DNA of 64,000 nucleotides from an uncultured Gemmatimonadaceae bacterium (GCA_963843845.1 CAWJMB010000007.1:1-64000); one strand, 5' to 3'; counted from the stretch's first letter, positions 54,934 through 64,000 are shown. A program made the numbers and translations. The notes: generated by a model not told the origin, from the letters alone.

Positions 54934-55872
54934 ATGCGACGAATGATCCTCGCGATCGCCGCGGCGGCGCTGTCGGCGGCCTCGCTCGCCGCGCAACCGG
55001 TCGTCCGCACCGGCGACCCGACGAAGCGCGGCTACACCGAGGCCGACTTCCCGCGCGTGCAGCGTCTCGCCGACGGCGTCTACGCGTACGAGGCGCTGCG
55101 TTCCGCCGGCGCCGAGCGGTTCACGACCGTCAGCCTGTTCGTCGTCACCCCGACGGGCGTGCTCGTGGCCGACGGCCAGGAGAACGTCGCCGAGACGCGG
55201 CGCCTCGTCGAGGCGATCGCGCGGGTGACGCCGCAACCGATCACGCACGTCGTCGTCGCGTCCGACCACGGCGACCACACCGCCGGCAACGCGGCGTTCC
55301 CGTCAGCTGCAACGTTCTACGCGCACCCGACGTCGGCGGGCGTGCTCGACGCCGCCGCGGCGCGCGACTCGTCGCCGGGCACGATCAGGCGGTCGTACGT
55401 CCCGGTCGACGAGCGGACCACGCTCCGACTCGGCGGACGCGAGATCCAGCTCCTCTTCCTCGGCCGCGCGCACACGGGAGGTGACCTCAGCGTCTACCTG
55501 CCGCGCGAGCGCATCCTGTTCATGAGCGAGGCGTATCTCAACCGTGTGTTCCCGGCGATGCGCTCGGCGTACCCGACGGAGTGGGTGGGCGTCGTCGAGC
55601 GCGCGCAGCGGATGCCGGTCGACGTCTACGTGCCCGGGCACGGCTTCGTCGAGACGCCGACGATCCTGCGCGAGGAGCTCGAGACGTTCAAGCGGGCGCT
55701 CCGCCAGGTGACCGCCGAGGCGACGCGGCTGCACGACGCCGGCGTGCCGGTCGAGCAGGCGGTGACGCAGGCGCGGTTCGGCGACCTCGAGACGTGGTCG
55801 CTGCGGTCGAGCCAGGGGCCGGTTGCCGTGCGACGCGTCTACCTGGAGCGCGACGGCAAGCTGCCGAAGTAG
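54934..55872 (+). CDS. Secreted MBL-fold metallo-hydrolase
   Basis: Signal peptide; SDHGDH, AHTGGD, VPGHG. Confidence 0.85.
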   Translation: MRRMILAIAAAALSAASLAAQPVVRTGDPTKRGYTEADFPRVQRLADGVYAYEALRSAGAERFTTVSLFVVTPTGVLVADGQENVAETRRLVEAIARVTPQPITHVVVASDHGDHTAGNAAFPSAATFYAHPTSAGVLDAAAARDSSPGTIRRSYVPVDERTTLRLGGREIQLLFLGRAHTGGDLSVYLPRERILFMSEAYLNRVFPAMRSAYPTEWVGVVERAQRMPVDVYVPGHGFVETPTILREELETFKRALRQVTAEATRLHDAGVPVEQAVTQARFGDLETWSLRSSQGPVAVRRVYLERDGKLPK

Positions 55873-55875
55873 CGC

Positions 55876-56039
55876 CCTCCGTCCGCCGTCCCTCGTCCGC
55901 CGTTCCTCGTCCGCCGTGAGTCCACCCGTATCACCGCCGTTCAACCGCCGTATCACCGCGTAACCGCCGTGTCACTGCGGCCGAACGGCGGTGATACGGT
56001 TCGACTCACGGCGGACGAGGTGGGGCGGTGTACGGCGGG
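55876..56039. repeat. REP/MITE-like inverted repeat pair, locus 2 (between convergent genes)
   Basis: 38-bp arms 55905-55942 and 55983-56020, 36/38 complementary; preceded by tandem CTCGTCCGCCGT-like units. Confidence 0.88.
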
Positions 56040-58667
56040 TCAGAACTTGGCCTGCACCCCGAGCGCGATCGTCCGTCCCGTGACGAGGGCCAGCGCATCG
56101 GGCTCGCCGCGCTGCGTGCCTAACAGATTCTCGCCGGCGAGCGTGAGCGCGACGCCGCGCGCGAGGTCGCGCGACGCCGAGGCGCGCAGGCGAGTCGCGC
56201 CGGTGTAGTCGCGCCGGTACGTGCGCAACACGTCGCCGCCGATCGTCGACCCGGCGCTTGCCGACGTGGCGGACGCCGTGCCCAACGACACGCCAGGCGT
56301 GCTGCCTGACGCCGCGAGGTCGTTCGCCAGGGCGAGGCGGTCGTAGCCGACCCAGTCGCTCGCCCGCGACGCGCCGCCGACGAACGACCAGCGGTCGGCG
56401 AGCCACGCGAGCGAGAGCGACGCCGTGCGGGCCGGCACGTCGAGCATCCGATCGCCGGCGCGGAGTGCGCTCCCGACCGCGAGCGGCGACACACGCGTCA
56501 CCCGGCTGTCGACCGCGGCATAGGCCGCGTCGACGGCGAGGCGGCCGACGCGCGTGACGCCGCGCAGCTCCCAGCCGCGGTTCGCGACGGCGCCGCCGTT
56601 CACGAGCGCGACGCGCGGCACGGTCGCCTGGCGTACGCGCCACGACGACGCGGCAGCCGCCGGCGACACGGCCTGCAGCAGTCCGCTCGCTCGCTGGTCG
56701 AAGCGCGTGACGTGGAGCGCCGTTGGTCCGCGCGCCACGTCCGCACCGAGCTCCACGCCGGTCTGCGACTCGTTCTCGAGCGGCCGCGCGCCCGGGCGCG
56801 CGCCGAGCACGCTGCCGACGTTCGGCGAACGCACGGAGCGGCCGTACGCGGCGCGCAGCTTCAGCGACGCGCCGCCGACGTCGTGCACGACCGCGGCGCC
56901 GAGCGTCGGGAGGAGCGAGAGCGTGGGCACGAGACGTCCGCCGGCGTCGCGCTCGATGCGCGCGCCGCCGCTCACGAACAGCGCGTCGCGAAACGCGAGC
57001 GCCGACTGCGCGACGAGCGCCGTGCTCGTCCGCGTCGTCGAGTCGACGGCGGTCGCGACGCGCGCCACGAGGTGCTCGGCGCCGAGCGTCACGGTCGCGT
57101 GCCGGGTCGCGTCGCCGAAGCGGCCGACGGTGCGGACGCGCGCCGTGAGCTGGTCCACCCCGCCGCGCGCCGCGTGGAGCGCCGAGTCGGCCGAGGAGCG
57201 GAACGGGACGCCGCCGCTCGACCCCTGCGTGAGGCGATAGCCGTCGACACCGATCGTCGCCTCGGGGGTCCACCGCGCGGCGCCCGCGGCGGCCGTCACG
57301 GCGAGGGTGTACTGGCGCGAGTGCTGGCCCTCGCCGGCGAGCGAGTCGGTCGCCGGGAACGGTCGCGCCGACCCCGCGCCGAAGGCGACGGCGGCCGTCG
57401 CGCCCGACGCGGCGGCGAGCGCGTCGGTCGTCGTCCCGGTCGCCTTGCTCGCGACGCGCGCGGCGAGCGTGACCGCGCCGCGCGCGCCGGCGACGCGCGC
57501 GTCGCCGTGCGCGGCGAGCTCGCGCATGCTGCCGTTCGGCACGAAGTCGCCGATCGTGCCGAACAGCACGCCGAGCCCCGCGGCGCGCGTCTCCGATCCG
57601 GCGCGCACCGAGAGCGTGTGCTGCTGCGCCAGCACACTCGCGCCGAGCGCCGTCCGCGACGGACCCGCAGCGCTGCGCAGTCGGAAGGCCGGCGCGCCGT
57701 CGACCGTCCCGTCGTGGCGCGTCTCGATCTCGATGACGCCGCCCGCCGCGCTCGCGCCGTAGCGCGCCGCGCCCTGCGGACCGCGCGTGACGGTGACGCG
57801 CGCGACCGCGTCGGGGACGAGGCTCGTGAACAGCAGCGGGTTCGCGACTTCGACGCCGTCGACGAAGATCGCCGGCGACTCGGCGCCGAACGCGCTCGCG
57901 CCGCGCAGGCTTCCCCACCGGCTGCCGAGCGACGCGGGCGACGCGGCCCACCGCCACAGTCCCGGCAGCGTGGCCAGCGCGCCGCCGAGCGCGTCGCCTC
58001 CCGTCGCCGGCGTGCCGAACGCACCGAGCGCGGCGCCGGCGATGACGTCGCGCGCGTCGACGGCGGCGCGGTCGTCGGACTCGCCGTGGTCGCGCGCGAC
58101 GCCGCGCACGAGCACGGGCGCGAGCCGCCCGATCTCGTGCGCCGTCTCGGCGACTCGCACGCGCGCGGCGTCGGCGTGCGGCGCGCGCGTGACGGGCGCC
58201 ACACCGTCAGCCCCGGACCCGCTCGGCCCTTCGGCCGCGCGCGGCGCGAGCACGACGTGATCGTCGCCGACCACGACCGGTTCGACCGCGCCGCCGACGA
58301 GGGCGGCGAGCACGTCCCCGACCGCGCGCGCGCCGCCGAGCACCACGCAGACGCGGCGGTCGAGCGGCAACAGCTCCGCGGCGTACGACAGTCGGAACCG
58401 CCCGCGCTCGGCCAGCAGGTCGAGGGCGTCGCGCAGCGAGAGCTCGCGCGCATCGGGGCGCGTGCCGAACGTCACGCGCCGGTCGAGCGGCGCGCCCCAC
58501 GACGTCGCTCGTGGCGCGACGGTCGGCGCGACGCAGCCGTCGGTGCGCGCCACCGCTGCGGCATGCGCGCCGGCCGGCACGATCACGGCGACCGTCAGCG
58601 CCGCGATGACGACGCCCGACGCGCCCGTTCCGCCGTACCTCGTCCGTCGCATCGACGTCCGCATCAC
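56040..58667 (-). CDS. TonB-dependent receptor with N-terminal signalling (STN-like) extension
   Basis: Signal peptide, SLRDALD.L...RLSY, IFVDGV, V.RGPQGAARYG..AAGGVI.I.T plug, GRGWEL-like beta strands, C-terminal Phe. Start 58652-58667. Confidence 0.88.
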   Translation of the reverse strand: MMRTSMRRTRYGGTGASGVVIAALTVAVIVPAGAHAAAVARTDGCVAPTVAPRATSWGAPLDRRVTFGTRPDARELSLRDALDLLAERGRFRLSYAAELLPLDRRVCVVLGGARAVGDVLAALVGGAVEPVVVGDDHVVLAPRAAEGPSGSGADGVAPVTRAPHADAARVRVAETAHEIGRLAPVLVRGVARDHGESDDRAAVDARDVIAGAALGAFGTPATGGDALGGALATLPGLWRWAASPASLGSRWGSLRGASAFGAESPAIFVDGVEVANPLLFTSLVPDAVARVTVTRGPQGAARYGASAAGGVIEIETRHDGTVDGAPAFRLRSAAGPSRTALGASVLAQQHTLSVRAGSETRAAGLGVLFGTIGDFVPNGSMRELAAHGDARVAGARGAVTLAARVASKATGTTTDALAAASGATAAVAFGAGSARPFPATDSLAGEGQHSRQYTLAVTAAAGAARWTPEATIGVDGYRLTQGSSGGVPFRSSADSALHAARGGVDQLTARVRTVGRFGDATRHATVTLGAEHLVARVATAVDSTTRTSTALVAQSALAFRDALFVSGGARIERDAGGRLVPTLSLLPTLGAAVVHDVGGASLKLRAAYGRSVRSPNVGSVLGARPGARPLENESQTGVELGADVARGPTALHVTRFDQRASGLLQAVSPAAAASSWRVRQATVPRVALVNGGAVANRGWELRGVTRVGRLAVDAAYAAVDSRVTRVSPLAVGSALRAGDRMLDVPARTASLSLAWLADRWSFVGGASRASDWVGYDRLALANDLAASGSTPGVSLGTASATSASAGSTIGGDVLRTYRRDYTGATRLRASASRDLARGVALTLAGENLLGTQRGEPDALALVTGRTIALGVQAKF

Positions 58668-58809
58668 CGCCGCATCACCGCCGCATCACCGCCGCATCGA
58701 CGTCCGCATCGACGTCCGCATCACCGCCGCATCACCGCCGTTTCGCCGCGGTTCGACCGCGGTCGAACCGCGGCGGTGCGGAGCCGTGCACGCGGACGAG
58801 GAACGGCGG
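58630..58809. repeat. REP/MITE-like element, locus 3, with internal 11/12-bp tandem units
   Basis: Terminal inverted CCGCCGTWCCTCGTCCG; internal GCATCACCGCC / GCATCGACGTCC repeats; palindrome CCGCGGTTCGACCGCGGTCGAACCGCGG. Confidence 0.75.
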
Positions 58810-58813
58810 CACT

Positions 58814-59911
58814 TCATTGGCGCGGCGTGACGTGGGAAAGGGTAACGATACCCCCCTCGCGCTCGACCCGCGCACCGAGCGCGAGGCCGATGACGCGCAG
58901 CACGCCGTCGAGCGGCTCGCCGGAGAACGTCGCGACGAGGTGCCGCCCTGCGACGACGGTGTCCGCGACGCGCAGCTCCACGCCGTACCATCGCCGAAGC
59001 TCTGCGCGCACGACGTCGAGCGAGGCGTGGCGGAACACGAGCCGGCCGCGCGTCCATGCCACATCGTCGTCGGTCGACGCGCCGGGACGCGCGATGACAC
59101 GGCCGGCTGCCGTGACGGCGCCGACGTCGCCGGCGCGCAGGAGCGCGGTCGACCCTGCGTTCGACGCGGCGCCTGCGACGTCGCTCGCCGAGAGCTCGGC
59201 GGCGCCGCTCCGCACCGCGACGCGGACACGCGCGACGGTCGAGTCGTCGCCAGCGACGGCCGGCGCGTCCGTCCGCACCGTGAACGTCGTGCCGACGTCG
59301 CGCACCAGCGCCCCGGCGGCGTGCACCACGAACGGGCGCGCCGAGTCGTGCCGCACGTCGAAGAACGCCTCGCCGACGAGCGTGACGTCGCGCCGCGCGT
59401 CGCCGTAGTCGTCGCTCACGTCGAGGCGGCTGTTCGGCGCGAGCAGCACCGTGCTGCCGTCGGGAAGCCGCACCGAATCGCGCTGACCGACTGTCGTCGC
59501 GTACTGGCGCCGCGCCGTCGCATCGGCGTCGCGCGTCGAGAGCCAGCGCAGCGCGCCGATGGCGACGACGAGCAGCGCGGCCGCGGCGCGGACGACGGGG
59601 CGTCGCCAGCGCGACAGCACGACGACAGCCGGATCCGGCGACGTCTGCGCCGCGGACGTCTGCGCCGCGGACGTCTGCGCCGCGGACGTCTGCGCCGCGA
59701 CGCGCTGCCACGCGGCGTCGACGTCGATGGTCATCGTCGCGGACGACGGCGCGGCGGCCGCACGGTCGGCCGTCGCGTGCAGCGCACGAACGAGCGCGGC
59801 GTCGTTCGGGTGCGCGTCCATCCAGCGCCGGATCGCCTCGGCGTCCTCGGCCGGGCACTCGCCGGCGAGGTAGCGAGCGATCGTCTCCCAATCGAACGGC
59901 GTCGTGGACAT
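58814..59911 (-). CDS. FecR family anti-sigma factor
   Basis: IARYLAGE, single TM, LPDGSTVLL, LVGEAFFDV, RPFVV, VGTTF, AWTRGRLVF. Confidence 0.92.
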   Translation of the reverse strand: MSTTPFDWETIARYLAGECPAEDAEAIRRWMDAHPNDAALVRALHATADRAAAAPSSATMTIDVDAAWQRVAAQTSAAQTSAAQTSAAQTSPDPAVVVLSRWRRPVVRAAAALLVVAIGALRWLSTRDADATARRQYATTVGQRDSVRLPDGSTVLLAPNSRLDVSDDYGDARRDVTLVGEAFFDVRHDSARPFVVHAAGALVRDVGTTFTVRTDAPAVAGDDSTVARVRVAVRSGAAELSASDVAGAASNAGSTALLRAGDVGAVTAAGRVIARPGASTDDDVAWTRGRLVFRHASLDVVRAELRRWYGVELRVADTVVAGRHLVATFSGEPLDGVLRVIGLALGARVEREGGIVTLSHVTPRQ

Positions 59912-59979
59912 GCTGCGAGGTACACATGAAGCGCACGACACCCTACAGCCAATCGCCGATGCGTTCGCCCTGGTTCCCC

Positions 59980-60048
59980 GACAGAAGGAACAGAAGAGAT
60001 CACCCGAGTACGTCTCCAGCGCCTTCTGTGCCTTCTGTGCCTTCTGTC
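59980..60048. repeat. Inverted repeat built from 9-bp ACAGAAGGC-type units in the fecR/ECF divergent promoter
   Basis: GACAGAAGGAACAGAAG (59980-59996) vs (GCCTTCTGT)x3 at 60021-60047; 16/17 complementary. Confidence 0.7.
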
Positions 60049-60149
60049 AACGACGGTCGAACGAAGCGCGAACTGCCGTAGCCGAGGGCGATGCTGACGC
60101 GCGACTGCGCCGATCATGCCGAACCGGGCGCACGCGGGTACAATCGCGG

Positions 60150-60725
60150 ATGTCCGACGATCTCCTGAGCCGCGTGCAGCGCGGTGAGCACGCCGCGTTC
60201 GAGGAGATCTTTCGCACCTGGTACTCGCCCCTCGTTCGGATGGTCGACGGCGTCGTTCGGAGTCAGGCGGTGGCCGAGGAGCTCGTGCAGGACGTGCTGC
60301 TCGAGCTGTGGCGACGGCGCGACCGGCTCGATCCGTCGCTGCGCGCGGGAGAGGGTGGAGGTGGGTCGGTGGCGGCGTATCTCTTTCAGTCGGCGCGGAA
60401 CCGGGCGCTGAACCACGTGCGCCACGGTCGCGTCGTCGACCGTAGCGTGCCGCTCCTCGTCGTCGGCGACCGCCCGCGCGCCGCACCGGCCGACGATGCG
60501 ATCGCGATCGACGAACTGGCAGCCGCCATCCATGCCGCCGTCGCCTCGCTGCCGCCCCGCTGTCGCGAGGTGTTCGAGCTGAGCCGACGCGACGGGCTTC
60601 GCTACGCCGAGATCGCCGAGCGGTTGGGAGTCACGATCAAGGCCGTGGAGGCGCAGATGGGGCGGGCGCTGCGGACGATGCGCGAGCGACTGGCGCCGTG
60701 GCTGCCGCCAGGGGAGACGATGTGA
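60150..60725 (+). CDS. ECF RNA polymerase sigma-70 factor (FecI-like)
   Basis: AEELVQDV...LW, YLFQSARNRALN, LPPRCREVF.L....LRYAEIA..LG. Confidence 0.93.
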   Translation: MSDDLLSRVQRGEHAAFEEIFRTWYSPLVRMVDGVVRSQAVAEELVQDVLLELWRRRDRLDPSLRAGEGGGGSVAAYLFQSARNRALNHVRHGRVVDRSVPLLVVGDRPRAAPADDAIAIDELAAAIHAAVASLPPRCREVFELSRRDGLRYAEIAERLGVTIKAVEAQMGRALRTMRERLAPWLPPGETM

Positions 60726-60740
60726 CGGCCCTCGTCGCCG

Positions 60741-61163
60741 TCACTCGCCGTACACCGTTCTCGTCAGCGTGCCGCCGCCCGGCTGACGAAAGACGATCCG
60801 CAGCGGGCTCGTGATCGGCGGCGCGATGGTGAGCGGCTGCCCGCGCAGTTCGACGGTGCCGGTGACGCACTCCTGCCGGCCACGCCGCGTGTACTGCCCG
60901 ATCGCGAGGACGTCGACCTGCTCGACGCTCGTGCGGGTGGTGTCGAAGCCGACGAACCGGTTGCAATCGTTCGTCGCGACACGGGCCCAGACGAACACGG
61001 TCGCGGGCGCAGCGCCGGGGAAGGCGGTCGGCCCGGTCACCGAGTCGACCGGGAAGATGTACGACAGCTGCTCGGCGCCGTCGAGGAAGCTGTCGCAGGC
61101 CGCGGCGCCGAACGACGTGGCGACCACGGCGGCGCTCAGGAGGGGGCGAAGAATGCGGCGCAC
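60741..61163 (-). CDS. Hypothetical lipoprotein
   Basis: Signal peptide ending AAAC; beta-rich mature region with two Cys. Confidence 0.65.
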   Translation of the reverse strand: MRRILRPLLSAAVVATSFGAAACDSFLDGAEQLSYIFPVDSVTGPTAFPGAAPATVFVWARVATNDCNRFVGFDTTRTSVEQVDVLAIGQYTRRGRQECVTGTVELRGQPLTIAPPITSPLRIVFRQPGGGTLTRTVYGE

Positions 61164-61173
61164 GACGGCCAAC

Positions 61174-62097
61174 TTACGCGCCGGCACGCCGACGCGTGAG
61201 CGCATCGTAGAGGCGCGGCGCTGCCACGCCGACGACGGCACCGAGACAGCCACCGGCCACGATGTCGATGCCGTAGTGCAGGCCGCCGTAGACGGCGCCG
61301 ATCGAGAGCAGGATCGTGCAGACGAGACAGACGACCCCTGCCCACGGCTCGGCGCCCCAGGTGACGATCGTCTGGGCGACCGAGATGGCGACGTGCGACG
61401 AGGGGAACGCCGTGCCGCGCGAGGAGCCCGCGTGCAGAATGCGCTCGACGGCGAGTCGGATGGGCCCGCGCGGCAGCTGTTCGGGCATCGGCCACTCGAA
61501 CCACGGCCCCTGCACCGGGAACAGCACGAACACGACGTAGCAACAGACGAAGGCGGACATCACGCCGAACATCGACAGGCCGAACGCGCGGCGACGGTGC
61601 GTCAGGAAGAACAGCAGCGGGGGGCCGACGATCAGCGCGTAGTAGGACAGGTAGCCGGCGTGCAGCACCTCGCTCAGCGCGAGCGACGGCCAGCGGGCCG
61701 CGAGCGTCGCGGCGGGGCTGCCGTCGAACCAGCGGTCGAACAGCAGGTGCTCCCAGCGAATGACCGGCGCGTCGTGCATCGCCGTGCCGAAGCCGGCGGC
61801 GACGTGGGGCAGCTCGCCGTAGAGCGGCGGCACGAACACGATCGGCACCCAGGCGGCGACCACGGCGAGCCAGCGTGTCGCACGTCGCGACTCGGTCGCG
61901 CCGCCGCGAGCGGATCCGCGGTCGTGATCGCGATAGCGCGCGGCCCAGATCGCCGTCGCGAGCAGCAGCGCGTGCTCGACGACGCGGACCAGTGGCGCGC
62001 GCCCCGCCGCGGCCGCGACGAGCAGCGGAAGCGTCGCGAGCGCGAGATACGTCGCGACGAGCGTCGCGGCCGGCACCCAGGGGCGCGGGTCGGTCAT
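61174..62097 (-). CDS. PAP2 superfamily membrane protein (Aur1/IPC synthase-like)
   Basis: Multiple TMs, YLSYY, FPVQGP, AFPSSH, HYGID motifs. Confidence 0.85.
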   Translation of the reverse strand: MTDPRPWVPAATLVATYLALATLPLLVAAAAGRAPLVRVVEHALLLATAIWAARYRDHDRGSARGGATESRRATRWLAVVAAWVPIVFVPPLYGELPHVAAGFGTAMHDAPVIRWEHLLFDRWFDGSPAATLAARWPSLALSEVLHAGYLSYYALIVGPPLLFFLTHRRRAFGLSMFGVMSAFVCCYVVFVLFPVQGPWFEWPMPEQLPRGPIRLAVERILHAGSSRGTAFPSSHVAISVAQTIVTWGAEPWAGVVCLVCTILLSIGAVYGGLHYGIDIVAGGCLGAVVGVAAPRLYDALTRRRAGA

Positions 62098-62181
62098 TCG
62101 CCAATGTACCGACTCCGTAAGCTTGTCCCAACACACATCGGGACCGTAATGTTCGCGGAGTTCTTCTCCCACCCGCGAGTC

Positions 62182-63345
62182 ATGGCTCTGGAGATCGTGC
62201 CGGTCGAATCGCCGCGCGACGTACGGCGGTTCATCGACGTCACCTGGCACGTGTACGATCAGCGCCGGTATCCGCAGTGGGTGCCGCCGCTCCGCATCGC
62301 GGTTCGCGACGTCCTGAACGAGCAGAAGCACCCCTTCTACGCGCACGCGGCGCGCGCGCTCTGGATCGCGCGCCGCGACGGCCGGCCGGTGGGGCGGATC
62401 GCCGCGATCGAGAACCGGGCGCACAACGCGTTCTACAAGGACCGCGTCGGCTTCTTCGGCTTCTTCGAGGCGCAGAACGACCCGGACGCCGCGCGGGCGT
62501 TGTTCGATACCGCCGGCAGCTGGCTCGCGCGGCGCGGCTTCGACACGATGCGCGGCCCGATGAACCCGTCGACGAACTACGAGTGCGGGCTGCTCGTCGA
62601 CGGCTTCGAGCACCACCCGGTGCTCATGACGACGTGGAACCCGGCGTACTACCCCGACCTGCTCGACGGCGCCGGCTTCACGAAGGCGAAGGACCTGCTC
62701 GGTTGGTGGTACCCCGCGATGAAGCTCGACTACCAGATCGCCGAGGGGTACGCGCGGCAGGCGGCGCGGGCGAAGGGGATGAAGAACGTCACGTTCCGCG
62801 AGATCGACACGAAGAACTTCGCACGCGAGATCGCCGCGGCGTGGGACGTCTACAATGCGGCGTGGGAGGCGAACTGGGGTTTCATCCCGATGTCGCGCGC
62901 CGAGTTCGATCTGCTGGGGAAGGATCTGAAGCTGATCCTCGATCCGCACTTCGCGCTCGCCGTCGAAGTCGACGGGACTCCCGCCGGGCTCGCCATCGCG
63001 CTGCCGGACTTTCACGAGATCTTCAAGCGCATCCCGAACGGCCGCCTGCTGCCGACCGGGATCTTCAAGCTGCTGACCGGCGGGAAACACATTCACGTCC
63101 TTCGCGTCATGGTACTCGGCGTGAAGCCGCAGTACCGCACGCGGAGCATCTTTCCGCTCATCCTCGACGAACTGATGCGGCGTGGCCGGCAGTACGGCAT
63201 CGTCGGCGCGGAAGCGTCGTGGGTGCTCGAGGACAATTCGTTGATGAATCGGCCGATGGAGGCGATGGGCGCCGAGCCGTACCGGCGGTGGCGCATCTAC
63301 GACCGGCCGTTAGGCGGCGCTCAGCGCGCCAGAGAGGTCGCATGA
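62182..63345 (+). CDS. GNAT-fold N-acyltransferase, bacterial ceramide synthase-like
   Basis: WVPPL, GRIAAIEN, GFFGFFE, GPMNPSTNYECGLLVDGF, WNPAYY, NWGF, SWVLEDN; ATGA-coupled to spt-like gene. Confidence 0.8.
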   Translation: MALEIVPVESPRDVRRFIDVTWHVYDQRRYPQWVPPLRIAVRDVLNEQKHPFYAHAARALWIARRDGRPVGRIAAIENRAHNAFYKDRVGFFGFFEAQNDPDAARALFDTAGSWLARRGFDTMRGPMNPSTNYECGLLVDGFEHHPVLMTTWNPAYYPDLLDGAGFTKAKDLLGWWYPAMKLDYQIAEGYARQAARAKGMKNVTFREIDTKNFAREIAAAWDVYNAAWEANWGFIPMSRAEFDLLGKDLKLILDPHFALAVEVDGTPAGLAIALPDFHEIFKRIPNGRLLPTGIFKLLTGGKHIHVLRVMVLGVKPQYRTRSIFPLILDELMRRGRQYGIVGAEASWVLEDNSLMNRPMEAMGAEPYRRWRIYDRPLGGAQRAREVA

Positions 63346-64000
63346 CGCTCGCACACAAAGTGATCGACGACACGTTCGCGCAGAACGGTTCCAGCCCGCA
63401 CGCGGACGCGCTCGGCGCCGTGGCGCCGCGGAAGACGCTGTTCGACAAGGCGGCGGCGTACACGGCGGCGCGCGAGGTGCAGGCCGCCGGCGTGTACCCG
63501 TACTACGCACCGATCGAGGCGTCGACGACGTCCGAGGTGCGCATCCGCGGGTGAGTGGAAGGTCATGCTCGGCTCGAACAACTACCTCGGGCTGACGCAC
63601 CACCCGGAGGTGCTCGAGGCATGCGAGCGGGCGCTCCACAAGTACGGCTCGGGGTCGACGGGGAGCCGCCTGCTGAACGGCACGCTCGACCTGCACGAAG
63701 AGCTCGAAGCGCGCCTGGCGCGGCTCTACCGCAAGGAGGCGGCGCTCGTCTTCACGACCGGCTTCCAGGTGAGCCTGGGCGTCATCGCGACGCTCGTCGC
63801 GAAAGGCGACCACGCGTTCCTCGACAAGCTCGACCACGCCTGCATCGTCGACGGCGCGCGGCTCGCGTTAGGCGAGATCCACCGCTACGCGCACAACGAC
63901 GTCACGCAGCTCGAGCGGCAGCTCGCCGCGGCGCCGCGCGACGCCGGCAAGCTCATCGTCACCGACGGCGTGTTCTCGATGGAAGGGACGATCGCGAACC
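63342..64000 (+). CDS. spt: Serine palmitoyltransferase-like alpha-oxoamine synthase (extra G near 63551; runs off the window)
   Basis: [50 protein letters not shown]; ceramide synthase-like neighbour. Confidence 0.78.

Noticed and set aside
39590..59408. Long Arg/Ala-rich antisense and alternate-frame ORFs (e.g. 39590-42208, 56712-59408)
   Set aside because: Shadow ORFs expected from stop-codon scarcity in high-GC DNA; no recognisable motifs.
63541..63560. TGA readthrough or selenocysteine in spt
   Set aside because: Removing one G from CGCGGGTGAG restores [13 protein letters not shown]; it is a frameshift, not an in-frame stop.
39533..63873. bldA-like TTA codon regulation
   Set aside because: The TTA codons are tied to a fixed DNA context that also occurs intergenically, as a stop codon and in the opposite orientation, pointing to a DNA motif rather than translational control.

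Overview
High-GC bacterial DNA; gene content and style suggest Gemmatimonadota (inference only). Many otherwise intact genes carry 1-nt frameshifts, most likely long-read assembly errors. About 1-27.5 kb is an exopolysaccharide/cell-surface region: Ig/ricin/beta-helix lipoprotein, CapK-like ligase, FkbH-ACP-thioesterase fusion, GT2, DegT aminotransferase, sugar transferase, Wzc, HAF/SdrD-B lipoprotein, TPR-glycosyltransferase and CapD-like dehydratase. Embedded directly behind the capD-like gene is a complete lasso-peptide cluster (RRE, B2 protease, cyclase, 55-aa precursor, HPr-type kinase, ABC exporter, nucleotidyltransferase). Its predicted core is unusually long (37 aa) with two tail Cys and a C-terminal Ser. 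Five promoters in this region share a TGT-N12-ACA / IHF-like / sigma54-like architecture, four of them with a non-canonical -24 element, suggesting one regulon linking EPS and RiPP. The rest holds housekeeping and accessory genes (cystathionine beta-synthase, ddl, rhomboid, queF, tRNA-Phe, two histidine kinases, rtcB, VOC dioxygenases, S8/M16/M20 peptidases, an ECF-FecR-TonB-dependent receptor module) and ends in a putative sphingolipid cluster (spt, ceramide synthase-like GNAT, Aur1/PAP2-like). Non-coding highlights are a REP/MITE-like inverted-repeat family at three loci and a strongly recurrent (C)GTTAGGC motif.
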